From Motilimonas cestriensis (GTDB lineage: Bacteria > Pseudomonadota > Gammaproteobacteria > Enterobacterales > CBDFNC01), in assembly GCF_051055415.1 (NCBI RefSeq), contig NZ_CP170335.1: DNA of 32,000 bases; one strand, written 5' to 3'. Each line of letters begins with the position of its first letter. Within the stretch, counting starts at the first letter, position 1. The position numbers and the translations under genes were made by a program. Shown one piece after another: positions 8,579 through 15,486 of this stretch. The notes under the pieces are model-generated. The model was given only the letters and a program-made list of their open reading frames with translations. It did no database searches and was not told the origin of the DNA.

Positions 8579-8598
8579 TACTGTGTTTATATACAGCC
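8579..8598. promoter_or_regulatory. LexA (SOS) box
   Basis: TACTGTGTTTATATACAGCC has the form CTGT-N8-ACAG (8581-8596). It matches 16 of 20 positions of the gammaproteobacterial consensus TACTGTATATATATACAGTA. It overlaps a possible + strand promoter: TTGATA at 8564-8569, a 17-18 nt spacer, and TATATA at 8588-8593. Confidence 0.65.
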
Positions 8599-8702
8599 TT
8601 CTGTAAAGATGAGACATGGATGAAGTTACATAGATTTATCTGAGAGCATGAATAGTATTGTCGGTTAATGGACTTAATTTACAGGTACAAATGGTTATAT
8701 AG

Positions 8703-8984
8703 CTAGGGTCTGTTGATCTTTGCTGGTTAATTTTTGTTCGAGAGGGGACACCTTGTCTAAAAGCGTTTTGAGCAAGACGAGCAGTGTGTAGCTTAGCATT
8801 CTAAGTAAATACTGCTCAACGCTGGGCAAAACGCTTTTAGCCGAATCCGTAGGACAGCGTTTGTTGGGCATTTCTACTGCGTTAGCGCCTTTTCGCGTAG
8901 TTCACTATGCCACAAAGTCGCTGCCTTGTATAAATACCCAACAATTCGCTGCAAAAACAATCACGAAAGATCAACAGACCCTAG
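8703..8984. mobile_element. MITE-like non-autonomous element, 282 bp, no ORF
   Basis: Perfect 19-bp terminal inverted repeats: CTAGGGTCTGTTGATCTTT (8703-8721) and AAAGATCAACAGACCCTAG (8966-8984). There is an internal 14-bp perfect inverted repeat, CTAAAAGCGTTTTG (8757-8770) / CAAAACGCTTTTAG (8827-8840), with nested stems. A related fragment lies at 11844-11914. Confidence 0.6.
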
Positions 8985-9154
8985 TAACAGGTGGTTAACA
9001 AGTAAACTTAGTAAAATAGGGCTTTAGCGATGATTTTTCATTCTAACCGGATTTTGTTTCCAAAATTGCCGACGCGCTACATCAAAATAAAGTGAAAATT
9101 GAATGTTGGTTCACATTTTTTTTCGATGTTTTTTTTGTCATGAGTAAATAAGAG

Positions 9155-9224
9155 TTATACACATCAAGCTGGCAACCTTGCTGTGTAAGGCTTGTGTAGA
9201 CTTATCCACTATTTTTGTGGATAA
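9155..9224. promoter_or_regulatory. Cluster of three DnaA boxes
   Basis: TTATACACA (9155-9163, + strand, 9/9 to TTATNCACA). TTATCCACT (9202-9210, + strand, 8/9). TGTGGATAA (9216-9224), which is TTATCCACA on the - strand (9/9). The last two face each other across 5 bp. A weaker box TTATCCAAA lies at 9749-9757 next to the uvrB RBS. Confidence 0.6.
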
Positions 9225-9768
9225 GTGTGTGGGTTAAGGTCTGTTAAGTGCTCCTGAGCCTTGTGCCATCAGGGTTCGAGCGTATTACTATATTTTATAT
9301 TGCTCATCATCTTTTTCTTTAATAACAATAACTTAATTATGTCAATAGTGTCATGTTTAAGGGGGCGATGAAAAATTTAATTTCTTGGTTGTACAATTCT
9401 TCATCTGTGGGTTATTTCTTTTTTCGTTAAGAAAAATTAGCGATAGTCAACCTTAAAATTAATTTTTTTATCGGTGTTTTTATTGCTAATTCGCCATTTT
9501 TCGGTTTTTAAAAATAGCCTTATGGAGCAGGTTAGTGGCTCATTACTAATGACGTTAGATTTCGCGGTGAGTTTGACGAGATTTAAGGTTTAAGGGGCTG
9601 CTAAAGCTAAATATTGCTATTCAGGCTCGCTCTTATCGTAATTTTACTGCGCCTAGGCAGAGCAAAGCCTGATAACGCTAGTTTTATCAGTTAAAATAGC
9701 GCGATTTTTCGGTTGGTAAAATATAGTCAGTTGAGCTACGGTGCATACTTATCCAAAGGAGCCTATCA

Positions 9769-11766
9769 GTGAAAAAATCATTTCAACTCGAATCTGCATT
9801 TAAACCCAGTGGTGATCAACCAGAGGCCATCAGCACTTTAGTTGAAGGTTTTAATGACGGTTTAGCGCATCAAGTGCTACTTGGGGTCACGGGCTCGGGT
9901 AAAACGTTCACGGTGGCGAATTTGATCAAAACGTTAGACCGGCCAACTATAGTTATGGCGCCAAACAAGACCTTGGCAGCGCAGCTTTATGGTGAAATGA
10001 AAGAGTTTTTTCCGAACAATGCTGTCGAGTATTTTGTTTCTTATTACGATTATTACCAACCTGAAGCGTATGTCCCCAGCACTGATACTTTTATTGATAA
10101 AGATGCATCAGTCAATGATCACATTGAACAGATGCGGCTCTCGGCGACTAAGGCGCTAATGGAGCGCCGTGATGTCATCATCGTGGCGTCTGTCTCCGCC
10201 ATCTATGGCCTTGGTGATCCGCAATCCTACTTGTCGATGATGTTGCACTTAACCACGGGTGATATAATTGATCAGCGTGATATTTTACGTCGCTTGGCGG
10301 AAATTCAATATACCCGCAATGATATGGCGTTTAGTCGTGGTACCTTTCGCGTGCGTGGCGAAGTGATAGATGTTTTTCCGGCTGAATCGGATAAACATGC
10401 GGTGCGTATTGAGTTGTTTGATGGCGAGGTTGAGCGCCTAAGCTTGTTCGATCCGCTAACGGGCCAGAGTTTAACAGATGTACCTCGGATCACGGTTTAT
10501 CCTAAAACTCACTATGTGACGCCACGGCAAACTATATTAGATGCGATTGAGAATATTAAAGTTGAGCTGGGTGAGCGTAAAAAACAGTTACTCGACAATA
10601 ACAAGTTAATTGAAGAGCAGCGTATTACCCAGCGGGTGCAATACGATATTGAGATGATGCAAGAGTTGGGTTACTGCTCTGGCATAGAAAACTACTCCCG
10701 TTATCTATCTGGCCGCTCGCCAGGTGATGCGCCGCCGACATTGATTGATTATTTACCTGCCGATGGCTTGATGATCATTGATGAAAGTCATGTCACGGTG
10801 CCGCAAATTGGCGCGATGTATAAAGGTGACCGATCTCGTAAAGAAACCCTTGTTGAATATGGCTTTCGTTTACCCTCTGCGCTGGATAACCGACCATTAA
10901 AGTTTGATGAGTTTGAACGCATCGCGCCGCAAACCTTATATGTGTCAGCGACTCCGGGCAATTATGAGTTAGCGCAAACCAATGGCGAGTTTGCCGAGCA
11001 GATAATTCGCCCAACCGGTTTACTTGATCCTGAAATTGAAGTCCGGCCAGTGGCGACTCAAGTGGATGATCTATTGTCGGAAATTCGTGTACGGGTTGCG
11101 CAAAAAGAGCGCGTGCTCGCCACCACTTTGACTAAAAAAATGGCGGAAGATTTATCCGAATACTTAGCCGACCATGGCGTAAAAGTGCGTTATTTACACT
11201 CTGATATCGACACCGTTGAGCGGGTGGAGATTATTCGTGATTTACGTTTGGGGGTGTTTGATGTGATTGTCGGCATTAACTTACTGCGTGAAGGTTTAGA
11301 TATGCCTGAGGTATCGTTAGTGGCGATCCTAGATGCCGATAAAGAGGGTTTTTTACGCTCGGAGCGTTCATTAATCCAAACTATTGGTCGCGCGGCTCGA
11401 AACGTTAAAGGTAAAGCCATTTTATACGCAGACAGTATGACTAAATCAATGCGTAAGGCCATTGATGAAACTGAGCGTCGCCGCAAAGTTCAGCATCAAT
11501 TCAACCTTGATCATGGCATTACACCAAAAGGGGTGAATAAAGCCATTTTGGATATTATGGCGATGGGCACAGGGAATAGTAAACTCAATAAAGTCGCAGA
11601 GAAGAAGGGTGAGTATAAGATAGTTGACCCGCAAACCTTGCTAAAACAAATCGCTGAATGTGAAAGCAAGATGTTTGAACATGCCAAAAACTTGGAATTT
11701 GAACAAGCAGCGGCAATGCGCGACGAAGTAGCAAGTTTGCAGCAGCAGTTGCTAGCCCTGGGCTAA
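9769..11766 (+). CDS. uvrB: Excinuclease ABC subunit B (UvrB)
   Basis: 665 aa with a GTG start and AAGGAG 7 nt upstream. The N-terminus [21 protein letters not shown] parallels E. coli [21 protein letters not shown]. It has Walker A GVTGSGKT, helicase motifs, and the C-terminal UVR motif ([13 protein letters not shown]). Confidence 0.97.
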   Translation: MKKSFQLESAFKPSGDQPEAISTLVEGFNDGLAHQVLLGVTGSGKTFTVANLIKTLDRPTIVMAPNKTLAAQLYGEMKEFFPNNAVEYFVSYYDYYQPEAYVPSTDTFIDKDASVNDHIEQMRLSATKALMERRDVIIVASVSAIYGLGDPQSYLSMMLHLTTGDIIDQRDILRRLAEIQYTRNDMAFSRGTFRVRGEVIDVFPAESDKHAVRIELFDGEVERLSLFDPLTGQSLTDVPRITVYPKTHYVTPRQTILDAIENIKVELGERKKQLLDNNKLIEEQRITQRVQYDIEMMQELGYCSGIENYSRYLSGRSPGDAPPTLIDYLPADGLMIIDESHVTVPQIGAMYKGDRSRKETLVEYGFRLPSALDNRPLKFDEFERIAPQTLYVSATPGNYELAQTNGEFAEQIIRPTGLLDPEIEVRPVATQVDDLLSEIRVRVAQKERVLATTLTKKMAEDLSEYLADHGVKVRYLHSDIDTVERVEIIRDLRLGVFDVIVGINLLREGLDMPEVSLVAILDADKEGFLRSERSLIQTIGRAARNVKGKAILYADSMTKSMRKAIDETERRRKVQHQFNLDHGITPKGVNKAILDIMAMGTGNSKLNKVAEKKGEYKIVDPQTLLKQIAECESKMFEHAKNLEFEQAAAMRDEVASLQQQLLALG

Positions 11767-11843
11767 GCTACAGCTAAGCAGTATGGCGATTGCAAGGTTA
11801 TTCTAGCGTGGCGATCCTGTACTGATAATTAACAGCTTCCTAC

Positions 11844-11914
11844 GGCCTGTTGATCTTTGTTGGTCATTTCTAGTGCGTTAGCGCCTTTTCGCGTCGTTCA
11901 CTATGCCACTAAGT
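11844..11914. repeat. Shorter relative or fragment of the 8703-8984 element
   Basis: GGCCTGTTGATCTTT (11844-11858) matches the left terminal repeat 8707-8721 at 14 of 15 positions. Segment 11856-11914 matches 8860-8918 at 55 of 59 positions in my manual alignment. I found no right-hand terminal repeat. Confidence 0.6.
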
Positions 11915-11930
11915 ACAGTGGCTAGACAGA

Positions 11931-11959
11931 GTTGCACCACCAGTAGTTTGTGGTGCAAC
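11931..11959. terminator. Perfect 10-bp hairpin between convergent uvrB and trpS; possible bidirectional terminator or REP-like element
   Basis: GTTGCACCAC (11931-11940), a 9-nt loop, GTGGTGCAAC (11950-11959). Neither side has a U/T tract, so terminator function is uncertain. Confidence 0.3.
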
Positions 11960-11987
11960 AGCCTAAGGTTGGATGGCGGCCCTTAGT

Positions 11988-13001
11988 TCAAAAAATATTT
12001 AGTCCAAATACCGCCTTAACATCAAGCAGTGTTTGCTCGGTCTGCTCTTTTGAGGTTTGACTGCCACGTTTTAAAATGGCCAATAATTGCGCCTTATCGT
12101 TTAAATATTCTGCCCGCTTATGGCGTATTGGACGAAGCAGCTCTTGTAGGCATTCTTCTAATATCTTTTTTGTTGTGCCATCACCCAATCCACCATGGCG
12201 ATATTGGCTTTTAAGCTGTTCAACAGTGTTTTTATCCTGATGGAAAGCATCCAAGTAAGTAAACACGACATTGCCTTCAACTTGACCTGGGTCTTGTACC
12301 CTTAGGTGATTTGGATCTGTATACATGGCTTTTACCGCGGCACTGATTTCTTGTTCAGACGCGCCAAGGTTAATAGTATTGCCCATGGTTTTAGACATTT
12401 TATTTTTACCATCTGTGCTGGGTAATCTCGGCGCGTTACTGAGCAGTGGTCGACATTCTGTCAGGACCTTTTTGTTTGCTAGGTGATTAATTTTTCTTAC
12501 TATTTCGTTAGTTTGTTCGATCATCGGAAGTTGATCGTCGCCGACTGGTATCAGAGTTGCGTTAAATGCAGTGATATCAGCCGCTTGAGAAATTGGGTAA
12601 GTTAAAAAACCGGCGGGGATTGAACGGTCAAAGCTTTTACTTTGAATTTCTGTTTTGACAGTGGGGTTTCTCTCTAGGCGAGCAATAGACACCAAATTAC
12701 TGTAGTACATGGTTAGCTCGGCAAGGGCAGGTAATTGGGATTGTAGACAAATGGTGGTTTGGTCTGGGTCGATGCCAACCGCTAAGTAGTCAGCAACCAC
12801 ATTAAGGATATTGGATGATACCTTCGCGGGATTATGCGCGTTATCAGTTAGGCCTTGCATGTCGGCCACCAGTATTGTTTGGTGGTGTTGCGACTGCAGT
12901 AATACTCTCTGTTGAAGAGAGCCAACATAATGGCCTAAATGCAGCGGCCCAGTTGCTCTATCGCCGGTTAAAATAATCTCTGGTTTAGTTGCTATGTTCA
13001 T
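11988..13001 (-). CDS. trpS: Tryptophan--tRNA ligase, divergent (TrpRS II-like) type
   Basis: A class I aaRS with HIGH as HLGH (TGDRATGPLHLGHYVGSL) and KMSKS as KMSKT. Its size (~337 aa) and motif context fit TrpRS, but it is clearly unlike E. coli TrpS ([25 protein letters not shown]...). I moved the start to ATG 13001 (MNIATKPEIIL), which has GGAG 8 nt upstream. The track's M at 13013 is a TTG. Confidence 0.85.
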   Translation of the reverse strand: MNIATKPEIILTGDRATGPLHLGHYVGSLQQRVLLQSQHHQTILVADMQGLTDNAHNPAKVSSNILNVVADYLAVGIDPDQTTICLQSQLPALAELTMYYSNLVSIARLERNPTVKTEIQSKSFDRSIPAGFLTYPISQAADITAFNATLIPVGDDQLPMIEQTNEIVRKINHLANKKVLTECRPLLSNAPRLPSTDGKNKMSKTMGNTINLGASEQEISAAVKAMYTDPNHLRVQDPGQVEGNVVFTYLDAFHQDKNTVEQLKSQYRHGGLGDGTTKKILEECLQELLRPIRHKRAEYLNDKAQLLAILKRGSQTSKEQTEQTLLDVKAVFGLNIF

Positions 13002-13099
13002 GAATATCTCCAAGTGAAAAAATGCTACTGGAGATAAAAAAGATCTGACATTCTTAGCTACCTACCAGCAGCTTAAGAATGTGAAAATTCCGCGCCGCT
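13002..13099 (-). promoter_or_regulatory. Structured trpS leader: hairpins, T-run and an SD-sequestering helix
   Basis: All elements are on the - strand. CGCTCT/AGAGCG forms a hairpin around the leader stop codon. A 10-bp stem with one bulge pairs CATTCTTAAGC (13081-13071) with GCTAAGAATG (13058-13049). T6 lies at 13041-13036, 7 nt after that stem. ATCTCCA (13035-13029) is perfectly complementary to TGGAGAT (13012-13006), which contains the trpS Shine-Dalgarno. Confidence 0.4.
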
Positions 13100-13153
13100 C
13101 TAAAAAGAGCGCCACCAGAAAAAGGAAATGGTAGGTGAATTAAATGTTTTCAT
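13100..13153 (-). CDS. Candidate 17-aa leader peptide MKTFNSPTISFFWWRSF with tandem Trp codons
   Basis: ATG AAA ACA TTT AAT TCA CCT ACC ATT TCC TTT TTC TGG TGG CGC TCT TTT TAG reads from 13153 down to 13100. An AGGA sits immediately 5' of the ATG, which is very short spacing. WWR matches the regulatory core of E. coli TrpL (..GWWRTS). It ends 98 nt upstream of the trpS ATG on the same strand. Confidence 0.45.
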   Translation of the reverse strand: MKTFNSPTISFFWWRSF

Positions 13154-13304
13154 TCCTTGAACTTATCAAGGAATTTTTGAAACCTCAAGGGTTAAATAAT
13201 TTAAGGCTGAAGTTTAAGTTAACCGTAGCAGTTATTTGACGATGACATCTGCTTGAGCGCCACGCTGACATTGTCTACAATAACGCACTTTATATTTTTA
13301 GGTC

Positions 13305-13559
13305 ATGAACATGAACGACACGCTATCGAAACCAGATTTACCTGATCGCCTATCTTGTAACCCACGTAGTCCAAATTATGTAGAAGAGATTTTTGAGCAC
13401 GATATTGGCATTCGACTTAACGGCAAAGAGCGTTTTGATGTTGAAGAATATTGCATCAGTGAAGGTTGGGTTAAAATTCCTTCGCCGAAGGCGCTAGATC
13501 GCCGTGGTCAACCGCTTTTGATCACCCTAAAAGGCACTGTTGAAGCTTATTATTCTTAA
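13305..13559 (+). CDS. DUF3297-like small conserved protein
   Basis: 84 aa. LPDRLSCNPRSPNYVEEIFEHDIGIRLNGKERFDVEEYCISEGWVKI...LKGTVEAYY resembles proteobacterial DUF3297 proteins as I remember them. The start may instead be the ATG at 13311. Confidence 0.6.
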   Translation: MNMNDTLSKPDLPDRLSCNPRSPNYVEEIFEHDIGIRLNGKERFDVEEYCISEGWVKIPSPKALDRRGQPLLITLKGTVEAYYS

Positions 13560-13803
13560 CTTTTCCAATAAAATCGCGTCTTACTTAGGCGCGGTTGATC
13601 GCTAATTTGTTTTTTTCGTTTAAGAAATCTGCCGGTATCAACCGTTCCCTTCTTTCCCTTCTTTTTCATTTTAAATTATATAAAATCCCCTTAGCTATTT
13701 TTATTGCCTAGAAAAATCTATTTCAGTGATAAAATACATAACCTTAGCCGCGCTTATATAAATTGATATGTGGCTAGATAGCCATCACAAATGGAGTTGA
13801 TAA

Positions 13804-14388
13804 GTGGATTTTATACAACAAATGATAGGCAGTAGCGCCATTGAGTATATTGCCGTGACTTGTGGGTTTCTTAATGTTTATTTGATCATTAAACGGTCGC
13901 TGTGGAACTACCTGTTTGGTTTCATTATGGTGGTGCTTTACGCCAAAATTTTCTTTGATTATCAACTTTATAGTGATTCATTATTACAAGTATTTTTCTT
14001 TATCACGCAATGTTATGGCGTGTTTTATTGGCTGAAATATAAAGCCCCTGATGGCAAGGTTCAAGTGGCCTATCTAAATCATCGTCATTTTAGTCAGGGA
14101 TTGTTGGCTACAAGTGCATTGTGGCTTATTTTAGCCGTGGTGATGCAACAATATACTGATGCAACACATCCATTTTGGGATGGTGCAATTGCGGCGTTGA
14201 GTGTCACTGCGCAAATATTATTGATGCGCCGACATTTGCAATCATGGTATCTGTGGATTGCCGTTGACGTGTTAGCCATTGGACTGTTTATAGTGAAAGG
14301 TTTACTACCCACAGCAGCGCTGTATGGCGTGTTTTTGATACTTGCTATCTTAGGTTTATTACAATGGCAGAGAGCATCACGTGACTAG
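13804..14388 (+). CDS. pnuC: Nicotinamide riboside transporter PnuC
   Basis: 194 aa with a GTG start and GGAG 7-8 nt upstream. MDF...NYLFGFIMVVLYAKIFFDYQLYSDSLLQVFFFITQCYGVFYW parallels E. coli PnuC (NYFFGLINVTLFGIIFFQIQLYASLLLQVFFFAANIYGWYAW). The protein is polytopic. Confidence 0.9.
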   Translation: MDFIQQMIGSSAIEYIAVTCGFLNVYLIIKRSLWNYLFGFIMVVLYAKIFFDYQLYSDSLLQVFFFITQCYGVFYWLKYKAPDGKVQVAYLNHRHFSQGLLATSALWLILAVVMQQYTDATHPFWDGAIAALSVTAQILLMRRHLQSWYLWIAVDVLAIGLFIVKGLLPTAALYGVFLILAILGLLQWQRASRD

Positions 14389-15370
14389 AGGCTTATATCT
14401 TGGCAAGTTCATGCCTATTCATCATGGTCATCTGTGGGTGATTGACACCGCAGCTCAACTTGTGGATGAGCTCACCGTATTAGTATGCGCAGTTAGCCAA
14501 GAGCCAATTGATGGCCGTTTACGTAGCCACTGGGTGAGAAGCAGTGTTAGCGAGAACATTCAGGTGCGTGAACTTTTTGATGATTCATTACCTCAACAGC
14601 CGGAGGACGACCCCGACTTTTGGCCAAAATGGCGTGATGCGCTTAGCCCATTTGGCCCTTTTGACTATGTTTTTGGTGGGGAAGATTACGTGGTGCAACT
14701 TGCTTACGAAATTGGCGCCGTTGCGGTGCCGCTGGGCCGCAGTAGCGTTAACATTTCAGCTACTATGATCAGAAATGCCCCCTATGAACATTGGCGTTAT
14801 ATACCCACCGCCGTACGGGCTCATTTTCAGCGTCGTGTTACGTTTTTAGGGCCTGAGAGCACGGGCAAGTCGACTTTGTCAGCGCGGTTGGCACAGCGGC
14901 TTGATCCTAGTGGTCAATTGAGCAATCTGATGACGGAATATGGTCGTATTTATGATGCTTCCCTCAAGCAAGGACAGAACTGGACGCGGCAAGATTTTCG
15001 TAGCTTAACACACACTCACATTGCAATGCGTAATGCGCTTGCTAAGCACGCTGGGCCTTATCTGATAGAAGACACCGATCTGATCCAAACCATGGCTTGG
15101 CAGCGATTGTTAATGGGAGAGGTGGATAGTCAGGACTACCCGTTACAGGATTTCGCTGATTTATACTTATTATTATCGCCTGATGTGCCTTGGATTGACG
15201 ATGGTACTCGTTATGGCGAATCATTTCGCGTTGATATGTTTGAGTTTTTAAAAACGCAACTAGAATGTTTAGGCTTGCGATTTGTCGTGATTGATGGCAA
15301 TGACTGGAATAGGCGAGAGCAGTTGGTGGATGATGCGGTAGATAAGCTACTTAACCTGAGCTCTGGATAA
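14381..15370 (+). CDS. nadR: NadR-type NMN adenylyltransferase / ribosylnicotinamide kinase lacking the N-terminal HTH domain
   Basis: 329 aa with a GTG start overlapping the pnuC stop by 8 nt. It has the nucleotidyltransferase motif GKFMPIHHGH and the Walker A GPESTGKST of the kinase domain. It is ~80 aa shorter than E. coli NadR at the N-terminus. Confidence 0.85.
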   Translation: MTRGLYLGKFMPIHHGHLWVIDTAAQLVDELTVLVCAVSQEPIDGRLRSHWVRSSVSENIQVRELFDDSLPQQPEDDPDFWPKWRDALSPFGPFDYVFGGEDYVVQLAYEIGAVAVPLGRSSVNISATMIRNAPYEHWRYIPTAVRAHFQRRVTFLGPESTGKSTLSARLAQRLDPSGQLSNLMTEYGRIYDASLKQGQNWTRQDFRSLTHTHIAMRNALAKHAGPYLIEDTDLIQTMAWQRLLMGEVDSQDYPLQDFADLYLLLSPDVPWIDDGTRYGESFRVDMFEFLKTQLECLGLRFVVIDGNDWNRREQLVDDAVDKLLNLSSG

Positions 15371-15415
15371 GCAAACGAGTATATTTCTCCTTGTATGTTG
15401 AGCGAGTTGATTGGC

Positions 15416-15486
15416 TTTTTTGTAGGACTTGAGCTTGCTCAGGGAATTTCTGATGTTCGCTGAGCAAGCTCAGCACCTACAAAAAA
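15416..15486. repeat. 71-bp nested inverted repeat (REP/cruciform-like) in the nadR-tpiA spacer
   Basis: The arms are TTTTTTGTAGGACTTGAGCTTGCTCAG (15416-15442) and CTGAGCAAGCTCAGCACCTACAAAAAA (15460-15486), matching at 24 of 27 positions. Each arm contains its own small palindrome (GAGCTTGCTC). Confidence 0.7.

Noticed and set aside
9417-9445. The motif TTTTTTCGTT(T)AAGAAA plus CGCTAATT, shared between 9417-9445 and 13601-13630, considered as a repeat family or common operator.
   Set aside because: The matches are short and low-complexity, in AT-rich DNA, and their parts are in different order and orientation. This is probably chance.
9100-9560. DnaA boxes plus an adjacent AT-rich tract, considered as a replication origin (oriC or an integrated replicon ori).
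   Set aside because: I could not see GATC clustering or repeated AT-rich 13-mers. There are no rep, par, dnaA, gidA or mioC neighbours. The uvrB linkage fits a DARS/regulatory interpretation better. It remains a formal alternative.
6976-9768. A genomic island integrated at tRNA-Asn, which is a classic integration hotspot.
   Set aside because: The atypical DNA lies on the 5'/promoter side of the tRNA cluster, not at a tRNA 3' end. There is no integrase, and I found no direct repeat of the tRNA 3' segment.
13215-13235. GGTTAACT core upstream of the trpS leader, considered as a TrpR operator.
   Set aside because: Only the central GTTAAC resembles the TrpR operator. The critical CTAG half-site elements are absent.
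13875-13894. TGTTTA-N9-TAAAC, reminiscent of the enterobacterial NadR operator half-sites, near pnuC.
   Set aside because: It lies ~70 nt inside the pnuC coding region and its spacing differs from the NadR box. The local NadR has no DNA-binding domain.
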